Positions 1 through 9,536 of a stretch of DNA of 64,000 bases are shown in pieces. Made by a program: the position numbers and the translations under genes. Position 1 is the stretch's first letter. The number at the start of each line of letters is the position of its first letter. The stretch is from Lepidodermella squamata (lineage: Eukaryota > Animalia > Gastrotricha): the NCBI GenBank assembly GCA_047495785.1, contig JBLDXI010000025.1, positions 496,001 through 560,000 of the forward strand. The letters are read 5' to 3'. The notes under the pieces were generated by a model, which was not told where the DNA came from, made no database searches, and saw only the letters and a program-made list of their open reading frames with translations.

Positions 1-235
1 TTCAAATTTCGCGTTTTTCTGCATGTTTATCACTGCAAATTAAATTTGTATTTGAAAACAAATTTAAAAATTGAAATAAGAAAGAAATTAGAATTTTAAA
101 AAATATTTTGTTTACATTAGCAACGGGTTTTCGTTCGTTCGTTGGGCAACGAGCGCGCGCGAGGGGTCTGCAAATGAGCATTATTTTGACTTCACATACT
201 CCGAAAATGTAGCCAGTTCTTCTTTACCTTTACAG

Positions 236-568
236 TTGGTTCAGTGGAGCCTCTCAGCGGACGTATTCACGCAGAGAATTCGTTTTCGGAATAATATGTT
301 CGTGGTTTCACCGCCAGTAACAAGTGTCTCTGAAACTCTAGCTTCCTTCATGGGCGCTATGGGATGGACTGTCAGCTATCCATCAGATATGAGAGACTCA
401 TTTCTCTCTGGCGAAATTTACTTGCAAAGCTTGATAGAAAGAAAACTGAATGCTACCTTGTACAGATACAAGATTCCATTGCTAAATGGGCCTTTGCCCT
501 TTGCCGGAAGTGTCCGCGCCGTAGTTGAAGAGATGAAACTGAACGACCCGAGAATCTTCAGCATTTGA
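236..568 (+). CDS. possible terminal exon of an unknown gene beginning before the window
   Basis: Polypyrimidine tract plus AG (ttctttacctttacag) ends at 235, directly before a 110-codon open frame; no recognisable domain. Confidence 0.3.
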   Translation: MVQWSLSADVFTQRIRFRNNMFVVSPPVTSVSETLASFMGAMGWTVSYPSDMRDSFLSGEIYLQSLIERKLNATLYRYKIPLLNGPLPFAGSVRAVVEEMKLNDPRIFSI

Positions 569-729
569 TCGCCTGCCCGAGTTGCCTGCCGGCTTCATCG
601 CTATCGGCTGTTTGGGCCTAATTACGTTATTTTCGTGTCTATGCAGACCCCTTTTCCACCCAATGCGACCCGTTAAGGTCCGGGAATGGTGGGTGAACGG
701 AGGCAATTCTACGCGAGGTCGAGGAATCT

Positions 730-940
730 ATCATTCATTTGTATTGAGCATCGTGGAATGTATTGAACAAATTCCTGAGCTAAAACCACTAATTTATTAA
801 GCATCCGCGATTCTTTAGAAATAGGATCACACTTGCCTTCTTCAGCTTGTTGATTATTTTTAGATACTGCCTGACGATGGCCACTTTGTGGCCGAAACGT
901 CGCACAAATATATATATAACATCTTTATGAAATAAAAAGA
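730..940 (+). mobile_element. probable Penelope-like retroelement 3' remnant
   Basis: Frame ending LSIVECIEQIPELKPLIY* resembles the C-terminus of PLE GIY-YIG endonucleases (LxIxEslxIxxlKPxlN); a minimal hammerhead and an AATAAA follow. Confidence 0.45.
868..904 (+). ncRNA. minimal type I hammerhead ribozyme
   Basis: tgc-CTGACGA-t-GGCCAC-ttt-GTGGCC-GAAA-CG-TC-gca: core boxes, perfect 6-bp stem II, palindromic ACGT in place of stem III, stem I tgc/gca; predicted cleavage after C901. Confidence 0.8.
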
Positions 941-1152
941 CTCGAAACTGCAAAAGTATCCTGTTCAAATATTGTGTTTAAATACACCGGGTCAATAATG
1001 CACTACGATTCGATACCAACATCTATCGGTTCGGTATTCAGGATCACACATTGGAAAGATGTGCAACGTCATGCAAGTTAGGTTTTAGCTTATAATTAGG
1101 ATGTATCAAACGGTGGATACTGCAGTGGAAGGTAGTGAAATATATTGAAAGT

Positions 1153-2298
1153 TCACTCATGCTTTTTTGATGTACCAGTTTGGCGTGCAAAGCTTACGGC
1201 ATAGATAATAATTCCTATATAGAAAGCGAGGGAGAGAAGGCCTAAAAGCGAGTCGATAATTCGTCCATTGCAGATACGAATGCAACAGATAAGTCTCTTG
1301 TGAGAAAACCACTTATCGTAAGACCGAGCCACATAACATATAGCCATATCATACAGCGTACAAAGGTAGGCTAATAAGGTCATGAGATCGGTGAAGTTCA
1401 TCAGAAAAATGCGAATTGGTTTGACAGGGACGTGGGTCAAGACTTGACCCTCGAGAAATATCAGAGCTAACAGCACTGTTACAGCGAAAATAGACCGATC
1501 AGGCTCGTTAGGATCTAGGAAGAACACTACAATTACGGAGAATGCTAGCAAAGCACAAGGAATCATCAGAGTATTGACGTAGTAACCAGGATTCCTAACT
1601 AGGCTTAAGTGGAAAGTACCAATGCTATTTCTGCTCGCAAACTTGCCGTTATCATGCGAAGCTCCACTGCTAATCATTGTCCATTCGCCTCCGACCTCCT
1701 CCTCCAACATACCGAATGTCAGCACAGTGTAATGGATATTAACACCGTAGCCTAACTGCAGCACAACCAGTTTTATTCCGCAGTCCTGTTTGTCAAAGGG
1801 GAATGCTTCAAGTTTCAGGTCGCACATAGATTTGAAGACGCCAGTAAAAATGTAGTCGAAATACACCATCGACGAATTTTCCGCCGTCATAACAAACAGC
1901 TGAAGTCCGAAATCAGTCATAGCAGCGTTTTCGAAGGAGTTCAAATGCTCAATCAGAGGTCGCCAGAACAAATCGAGATTGGAGAAAAATGTTAAGCCTC
2001 TATCTTTAAAAGCTTCACAAGGAACCGCCCAAGATACTTTCAGCTGGCCAGCGATTTCGAAACTTTCCGAAACATCGTCGACGTTGTGGAAAGCTTGAAG
2101 AATCAGCTGCACTCCAATTGAGGTACTGTTGCAATTCAGATTGTTGTAAGCCTCGCAGTCAGGTGAGTAGCGTTGCGCTCGAAGCTGTGGGCATTTGGCT
2201 ATCATTTCGACAGTGAGTGGTTCTTGAAGCTCAGCGTCCTCTATTCCAGCCCTCAGCGGGCTTAACATCAGCGTTAGTAGTAGCAGAATCGGAAGCAT
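1153..2298 (-). CDS. intronless divergent Cys-loop ligand-gated ion channel subunit (LGIC-1)
   Basis: 381-aa ORF with signal peptide, WRP motif, Cys-loop CDLKLEAFPFDKQDC, pre-M1 RNPGYY and four TM helices. Confidence 0.93.
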   Translation of the reverse strand: MLPILLLLTLMLSPLRAGIEDAELQEPLTVEMIAKCPQLRAQRYSPDCEAYNNLNCNSTSIGVQLILQAFHNVDDVSESFEIAGQLKVSWAVPCEAFKDRGLTFFSNLDLFWRPLIEHLNSFENAAMTDFGLQLFVMTAENSSMVYFDYIFTGVFKSMCDLKLEAFPFDKQDCGIKLVVLQLGYGVNIHYTVLTFGMLEEEVGGEWTMISSGASHDNGKFASRNSIGTFHLSLVRNPGYYVNTLMIPCALLAFSVIVVFFLDPNEPDRSIFAVTVLLALIFLEGQVLTHVPVKPIRIFLMNFTDLMTLLAYLCTLYDMAICYVARSYDKWFSHKRLICCIRICNGRIIDSLLGLLSLAFYIGIIIYAVSFARQTGTSKKHE

Positions 2299-2849
2299 TC
2301 AATTGCAAGGATTCTTGCTGGAATCTACGATGTTAATACTTGAGGACAAAATTCCGTCTGATACCGTCATAAGAAAACATTTACTTTCACTCAGCAGGCT
2401 GCGAAAGCAATCCTATCTTTCCCGGTTTCGCAATTAAAATCGAAAATACAGGAAATGGCAGAGAGGAGAGATGAATGTTGTTTCGTAACCGAAATTGTAA
2501 ACGCCAATTAGAAACAGATCCTGTTGAATACCTAGGCATGGTTTCCCATCAATCGCGCTACAATATAGAAAATGTGGAGGCTGGGAGTGTCGGCTAGACT
2601 TCACCAGTCAGACTCTGTCATACAGAAATGTTCATCTCATCCAATTACGACAAGACCTGGGCTTAGAGTAAGTGGCATGCACTTTAAATTCCTCAAAGCT
2701 AGATGTTGGCATTTATTGGTTGAAATCACCAGTTATTTTGGCGAATACTTTTCATCCTTGACTCCAGGGTCCAAGATGGCACCTTGGATTCGGATTCGAA
2801 TACTAATAGCAGGATTAAACATGTCAATAACGATCACAAACTGAATATA

Positions 2850-3049
2850 ATATCGCGACTTGCGCGCCAGAACAGTGTGCCGGAAATAGAAACAAATGGC
2901 GTAATGCATTTGATGCGCAGAAAAAACTGGCGTTCAACTTTTTTTCTAGCGATCAGGCACGCGACTGACTTGGCGAAGATGCAAAAAGTTAGTTTTACGC
3001 CATTTGTTTCTATTTCCGGCACACTGTTCTGGCGCGCAAGTCGCGATAT
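2850..3049. mobile_element. MITE with 55-bp perfect inverted repeats
   Basis: 2850-2904 is the exact reverse complement of 2995-3049; TA at both ends (possible TSD). Confidence 0.8.
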
Positions 3050-3394
3050 GTGCATCAGTCACAAACAATGCACGCAATCGTCGATTTTCCTCTTCTATCG
3101 TATCAATAATTTTTTGCCTCGTTAAGAAAAATTCGTCGTGAAAGAGAAATGAAGACTTGAACACACACAGACTTCAGGTAAACAAATAGTGGGATTTCTT
3201 GAGCCTTCGAGAAAAGAAAATCCCCGCATCGTTTTGATTTAAGAAGAAAAATCAGAACACTCAAATTATCACGCTATGTTTACAGAGGGATTGTTCAACT
3301 TTCCCAGCGCATCATCTCTAATCACGAAGTCCTTCGCGGCTCGGAATTGAAGAACGCGTGCAAGTGTCATTCATCGCCTCCACTTTCAGCTTGC

Positions 3395-3553
3395 CAGTGT
3401 GCGAAGTAGGATGCTCGAGTTGGGGGTACTTTCAACCATTTTTTCGCCCGAAATTTCAGACCAAAGGGTCCCCCCTGTGGTTTCTTTCGGTTTTCGGAGA
3501 ATTCTCGAACTGGGAGAACCGTACTCCCAGTCTCCCCGCTACTTCGCGCACTG
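3395..3553. mobile_element. hAT-type MITE (family A)
   Basis: TIR cagtgtgcgaagtag / ctacttcgcgcactg; 8-bp TSD cagcttgc on both sides. Confidence 0.88.
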
Positions 3554-3977
3554 CAGCTTGCTATGATAAGTATAAGACTGCGAATATGACTTTTCAAACT
3601 TATGTTTATTGTTTAAAAATCCGCCTTGGAGGCTAGAAGCATAAATTACTCCTACCATAACCCATGACACACAACTAGACTTACATAGCTTTTGATGAAT
3701 AAACAGTGAAATTGACATCGAAAAGCATTCAACGGTGTAATTAGGTATGACGTCGAAAGACATAAGACAAAAGAGATATTCACCGAGTATTGCTGATTGG
3801 TTTCATCTCAAAATTTCCCACTCCTCTGCTCGATAAGGGAAGGAGATGTGTTTACTCTACTGTACGTCTCGAAATGCAACAGCGTAATGCTCTATCATTA
3901 CTCACTTATCTCCCTTTCAAACACATTTTCTTCAATTTTCAAGCACCTACTCACGAAGAAGTCCACGCCTTTCTTAT

Positions 3978-5132
3978 TTACGATTTTCCTGCAAAACTGA
4001 CTTCTGATTTTCTTGCAAATGCTACGGCATAGAAAATAATTCCAATGTAAAAGGTAAGGGAGATCAGGCCTACAAGCATGTCGATAATTCGCCCGTTCTT
4101 TATACGCAAGCAACAGATACGTCTCTTGTGAGAAAACCACTTATCGAAAGATCGAGCAACGTAACATATAGCCATATCATACAGCGTGCAAAGGTAAGCT
4201 AATAAGGTCATGAGATCGGTGAAGTTCAAAAGAAAAATACGAATAGGTTTAACAGGGACGTGAGTCAAGACTTGACCCTCGAGAAAAATCAGAGCTAGCA
4301 GCACTGTTACAGCGAAAATTGACCGATCAGGCTCGTTAGGATCTAAGAAGAACGCTACGACAACGGAAAATGCTAGCAAAGCACAAGGAATCATAAGTGT
4401 GTTGATGTAGTAATCCGGATTCCTTTCTAGGTTGAAAGAGAATGTCGCGAAGCTATTTCTGTCTATATAATTGCCGTTATTCTCCATGCTAGAATTGTCG
4501 CTGACAATAGTCCATTCGCCACCGCCGTCTTTCTCATATTTTGAGATCGATAACACAGATGTTGCAATTTTGACACCGCAGCCAAATTGCAACACAACGA
4601 AGTTCATTGTGCATTCTTGCTTGTCGAATGGGAATGCTTCGAGTTTCAGGTCACATATGGATTTAAAGACGCCTGTAAACGTGGATTCAAAGGCAACTGT
4701 CACTGACTTCATGGAGGACCCTAAAAACAGCTGACTTCCGAAATTTGTCATAGCGGCATCCTCGAAAGAGTTGGAATGTTCGATCAGCGGCCGCCAGAAC
4801 AAGTCGACATCGGAGAAAAATGTCACACTTCGATTCTTGAATGCTTCGCACGATGCCTCCCAAGATACTTTCAGCTGGCCTGCGACTTCGAAACTCTCTG
4901 AGACATCATCGACGTCGTGGAAAGCTTGAACAATCAAGTGCATGTGGACCATCGTGACATTGCAACTGCTGATATCTTTGAACGACTCGCAGTTCGGCGA
5001 GTAGCGCTGTGCACTAAGATTGGGACATTTCGATGTCATTTCGACAGTGAGCGGTTCGCGAAGCTCGGCGTCACTCTTTCCAGCCGCCAATAAGCTGGCT
5101 TCCAGCATTAAAATTAGAAAAATTATAAGCAT
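3978..5132 (-). CDS. intronless divergent Cys-loop channel subunit (LGIC-2)
   Basis: 384-aa ORF, Cys-loop CDLKLEAFPFDKQEC, four TM helices; close paralog of LGIC-1 and LGIC-3. Confidence 0.93.
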   Translation of the reverse strand: MLIIFLILMLEASLLAAGKSDAELREPLTVEMTSKCPNLSAQRYSPNCESFKDISSCNVTMVHMHLIVQAFHDVDDVSESFEVAGQLKVSWEASCEAFKNRSVTFFSDVDLFWRPLIEHSNSFEDAAMTNFGSQLFLGSSMKSVTVAFESTFTGVFKSICDLKLEAFPFDKQECTMNFVVLQFGCGVKIATSVLSISKYEKDGGGEWTIVSDNSSMENNGNYIDRNSFATFSFNLERNPDYYINTLMIPCALLAFSVVVAFFLDPNEPDRSIFAVTVLLALIFLEGQVLTHVPVKPIRIFLLNFTDLMTLLAYLCTLYDMAICYVARSFDKWFSHKRRICCLRIKNGRIIDMLVGLISLTFYIGIIFYAVAFARKSEVSFAGKS

Positions 5133-5379
5133 TTGATGAGCGAAAATTTAGATTCTGCTATAAATCTGCCATTTGCATCTGCCAATTAAATTCAGAAGAG
5201 CGAGAAACTGATGCAAATTTTGAAATTGCTAGCGTCTGATTAGATACAAACAGTCCCTAAGTAAGACGTCTGTTATCAGAAACATTCTCCTTACTGTTGA
5301 AGGAAACGTGCCTCGAGGAATTTACAATTAATAATGCTTTTTGTGGTACCTAAATCTCTCTTTCAAAACGTAAGTATAT

Positions 5380-5791
5380 CGATATATTGATGATTTGATT
5401 TGGAAAATTTTAGGATTTGATTTAGGTTTAGCCCTTTTGATTTATACTGCTGATTGATAAAAATCAGAAATCTCGGAACTCCCCTGTTGCTAAATATGAG
5501 AACTCACATTTTCCTTGAAAACAACTGTATTCCAAAGCCTGGAACTATTCATCTCCTTTCATACTCACTCTGCCTAAACCAAGATTAAATTTTGAAAGAA
5601 TTTGAAAGGAATTTACCATGATACCCATGTTTCCCTATGCAAAAGATTTTATTTGATTTTATTTAAAAGGGCCTGATGTTTTGATTAGATTGATTTACAA
5701 TCGATTTTTTGGGGATTTGATTTGAAATGATTGATTTACAAAGACCTGTGATTTACTGAATAAATCAAATCAAATCAAATCTAAGACACTG
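5380..5791. repeat. degenerate element with gatttgatt/aaatc subterminal repeats
   Basis: Many gattt(g)att copies, then aaatcaaatcaaatc and a ...gacactg end resembling a hAT terminus; left end not found. Confidence 0.4.
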
Positions 5792-5868
5792 AATCAGACC
5801 GACAGGGTTTAACTGCATGGGTTGACGAAGTTTAGCTTCAAAGCAAATCAAAATGATTTTATATGAAT

Positions 5869-6031
5869 CAGAGCTGGAAAACTTGCAGAAATGACGCACC
5901 AGGTGCGTAGGAAATTATGGGAAAAGTAGGCAATTTTGGCTTAGGATACAGTCAAAAGTTGAATGTAGTGGTAGTTTAGTAGGAAATTTCAAAATCGGCG
6001 CGTAGGAAATCCTGCAGGTTTTCCAGCTCTG
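5869..6031. mobile_element. hAT-type MITE
   Basis: TIR cagagctggaaaac / gttttccagctctg; 8-bp TSD atatgaat. Confidence 0.88.
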
Positions 6032-6570
6032 ATATGAATATGAATTTTAAATAAAAGACATGCCTTCAAAGCACTCCAACTCGAAACAATTCAAGTTCAA
6101 TGAGACTATGGCTGACACGGTCGTATTTTTTGTTGTATCAAAAAATGGTCACAAACCTTTGAAATTTCAAGATGAAAAATTCGAAATTTCAAGAGATTGA
6201 CCCTTTTCAAATTGCTAGTATTTGTTGACCATGCAAGATAACGGTGTCCTAGCCTCCTTGTAGTTAACATCGTAGAGTGAAATTCCTCAGAAGTCGAAAG
6301 GGCAATCAAGATTTCACCTAACTCAATTTTCTGCGATTCCTTGCCGCCGTGAAAGGGTTGCGTCCTCTGTGGCATTCTAGCCCCGTTATGGACTGTCAAA
6401 TTCGACCAATTTACTGCTGGCTCGATCGCGGTAGTGGGACTGTTGGGTGAGGTTTTTACACCAAGCGTCCAGCCAAGCGTCATTTATGTCATCACATCGG
6501 CAACAATATATTTATGTCATCCAAGCAACAAGTGGTTGGACTTCTGTGAATTTATTCCGGCATTTACGCA

Positions 6571-7077
6571 GAGGGGTTTTTTTTATTCGCAACAAAAAAT
6601 ACAGCTACAGCTACAGATTTTTGCATTCGAAAATTCGCTACAGAAATACTGTATTTCTACTGCATTTTCTGCGGATTCTTATAAAAAATACAGAAAATAC
6701 AGCTCTATTTTTCCTACAAATAATACAGCCAGAAAAAGTGTGCAAAGTGTAGAAATGGGGCTGCTTGTGCGCATAAAAAGTGCCGGACCGAAAATTATAA
6801 GAAAAAAATGGCTTGACCCCTCGAGGATTCGAACCCTCCACATCAATTTCGCCAAGTAAACAAAGTCGCATTTGCGGATGATTTGCAATGTTCTGTTTTT
6901 TGTACAGATTCAAAAATCATGTGCTGGAAAAATACGCTTTGTACTGTATAAAATATAGCGAATTTAGGAATGCGTAGATAATTTTTGCATTTTTTGCAGA
7001 AAGTGCTATTTTCGAACGACAATACACAAAATACAGTATATACTGTTCGAAGTGTTGCGAATAAAAAAAAAACCCTC
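6571..7077. mobile_element. non-autonomous TIR element
   Basis: Inverted ends gaggg(t)nattcgcaaca / tgttgcgaat(a)nccctc and internal aaatacag repeats; TSD not resolved. Confidence 0.6.
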
Positions 7078-7406
7078 AGTAAATTTAAGCTTCAAATGAC
7101 TGAGTCTTGTAAAACGTAGCAACAATAAATTTACTTTGTACAACAATTTCCGATAAAATAAATTCAAAATGTATTAACCTGATGATGAATAGCTACGATG
7201 AATGATGAATCTCAGATAAATAATACGCTCAAGTCGTTCGAAGTTGAAAATGAATACGTTAGATGTAACAATTCAATGATATTGTTCCGATAACGTGGTT
7301 CGAGAAATACTTGAAAATGTTGTTTACATAGAGAATATTAGATATTAGGCTATAGTGGCAGCAAAAACGCGCCAGAGGACATTTCATAACAAGCTTCCAA
7401 GCTTTT

Positions 7407-8561
7407 TCAAATTTGTTCCGATTGGCGCGCAAAGCCTAAGGCATAGAATATAATTCCTAAGTAAAAAACCAGGCATAGGAGGCCAGCAATCATGTCGATA
7501 ATTCGTCCGTTACAAATGCGAATGCAACGAAAATATCTCCTTCGAGAAAACCACTTAGCGTGAGACCGAGACACGTAACATATAGCCATATCATACAGCG
7601 TGCAAAGGTAAGCTAATAAGGTCATGAGATCGGTGAAGTTCAAAAGAAAAATACGAATAGGTTTAACAGGGACGTGAGTCAAGACTTGACCCTCGAGAAA
7701 AATCAGAGCTAGCAGCACTGTTACAGCGAAAATCGACCGATCAGCCTCGTTGGGATCCAAGAAGAGCGCAACGATAACGGAGAAGGCTAGCAAAGCACAC
7801 GGAATCATCAGGGTATTGATGTAATAAGCCGGATTCCTTGCTAGGTTGAAAGTGAATGTCGCGAAGCTATTTTTGTCTTTAAAATAGCCGTTGTTCTCCA
7901 TTGAAGCATTATTGCTGACCATAGTCCATTCGCCTCCATTTTCCTTCTCCAATATGGCGATTGTTAACTTAATGTCCCTTATTTTAACGCCCCAGCCAAG
8001 TTGCAAGACAACAAAGATCATTTTGCATTCCTGCGTGTCAAATGGGAATGCTTCGAGTTTCAGGTCGCAAACGGATTTGAAGACGCCCGTAAATGTGTAT
8101 ATAAAGTCAACACTAGCAGACGATTTCAAAGAGGTTGCGAACAGCTGACCACCGAAATTTGTCATAGCAGCATCCTCGAAAGAGTTGGAATGTTCGATCA
8201 GTGGCCGCCAGAACAAGTCGACGTTGGAGAAGAATGTTAAACTTTTATTCGTGAAAGCGTCACAAGATGCGCTCCACGATATTCTAAGCTGGCCTGCGAT
8301 TTCGAAACTCTCTGAGACATCATCGACGTCGTGGAAAGCCTGAACAATCAAGTTCATGTGGACCATCGTGGCGTTGCAACTGTGTTTTTCAGTGTACGCT
8401 TCGCAATTCGGCGAGTATCGCTGTGCGCTGAGATCAGGGCATTTCGATATCATTTCGACAGTCAGCGGTTCACGAAGCTCGACGTCACTTTTGCCAGCCG
8501 CCAACTGGCACAAGTTCGGCGTTAGCAGCAGAGAAAGTATCAGATTGCTATGAGAAATCAT
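7407..8561 (-). CDS. intronless divergent Cys-loop channel subunit (LGIC-3)
   Basis: ATG at 8561 (MISHSNLILSLLL signal peptide) gives 384 aa, matching the paralogs; Cys-loop CDLKLEAFPFDTQEC. Confidence 0.92.
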   Translation of the reverse strand: MISHSNLILSLLLTPNLCQLAAGKSDVELREPLTVEMISKCPDLSAQRYSPNCEAYTEKHSCNATMVHMNLIVQAFHDVDDVSESFEIAGQLRISWSASCDAFTNKSLTFFSNVDLFWRPLIEHSNSFEDAAMTNFGGQLFATSLKSSASVDFIYTFTGVFKSVCDLKLEAFPFDTQECKMIFVVLQLGWGVKIRDIKLTIAILEKENGGEWTMVSNNASMENNGYFKDKNSFATFTFNLARNPAYYINTLMIPCALLAFSVIVALFLDPNEADRSIFAVTVLLALIFLEGQVLTHVPVKPIRIFLLNFTDLMTLLAYLCTLYDMAICYVSRSHAKWFSRRRYFRCIRICNGRIIDMIAGLLCLVFYLGIIFYALGFARQSEQI

Positions 8562-9536
8562 TTTGGAAGGTGCAATCTGCATTAAAACGGTTCTGCTGTA
8601 AATCGATTTTAGAGGCGTGCGAAACAAATAACTCTGCAAATCGGGATCTGAAAAGTGTTGAACTTCACTTCGATATCTACTTCGATATTTTTTCATAAAA
8701 AAAATCTCCATTGTATGCGGTATGAGGAGAACATATTTAAACAAAGGATCTGGTGTGTTGTTTCTATGCGTATTGCAATTTCCTGCTACAGGTCACGGAA
8801 AGCGTGACGGCTTCGCGGGGAATCGACTGTTACTTTTCTCTTTTCGCTTTTATGGAGTGTCACTGATGATGTGAAACGAATTGTCGTGAAAACATTGCTG
8901 ATATCCTTATGTGTTGCTTAGCTCCAGTCTTCTGCAGTTCCTTTCAGGACTCCTACTGAAATCATTCTTTCCATTTCTGAGATTTCTAGAGAGATGAATA
9001 GAAAATTACTCTTCCACAGCGAATTAACAAATTCAAGTAAAGTATGCCTAAAAAATACATTTTTCATCCGAGCTGATCCTCGTTCTTGCTAGAGGGTTCA
9101 AGTTCTTTTAAAGATGTCCCAAAATCTAAGATCACTCAGCTAAATTCGGAAAAGCAGATTTCCTATCGCGGTTTGCAATGCTTCTTTAGAGTTTTAAGCT
9201 GAATTTCTATGCTGAGTGGCCTGATTCCCAGCTAATTGAAAATGATCTGGTAAATCTTCTCACAAGATGCTAGCCAAACCTAAAACCTGGGTAATGCCAT
9301 TTTCAAAAGTCAGAATCTCCAATTAAAATCGAAAGCACAATTTTCATCATCAATTTCTTCGCTTAAAATCCAATTCTATTCAGGAGAAATTTGAGGACAA
9401 TTTACCGCAGACTAGATTTATCGACTAGTGAAAACGTATTGAAGCAACTCGAAAAACATTCTATGCAATAAATGGATCATCTCGAGAAAATGCGAATTTA
9501 TTTATGAAACAGTGTTGTTTCAAAACATAAAATGCT

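Noticed and set aside
2784-3164. Overlapping ORFs with mirrored peptides
   Set aside because: Artefact of the palindromic MITE.
4471-4734. Short antisense ORFs over LGIC, NR and GPCR genes (also 7891-8148 and others)
   Set aside because: Shadow frames of real genes; their similarity merely reflects sense-strand paralogy.
6811-6850. tRNA-like T-arm/B-box (GGTTCGAATCC, minus strand)
   Set aside because: No acceptor, D or anticodon stems could be folded; it lies inside a TIR element.
8562-8744. 61-aa N-terminal extension of LGIC-3 in the ORF track
   Set aside because: Begins at a non-ATG codon; ATG 8561 gives a signal peptide and paralog-matching length. The same applies to the extensions at 40104 and 44251.
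8860-8890. ctgatga...gaaac...gtc, a possible second hammerhead
   Set aside because: Only 3 nt between the core boxes (no stem II) and no stem I pairing.
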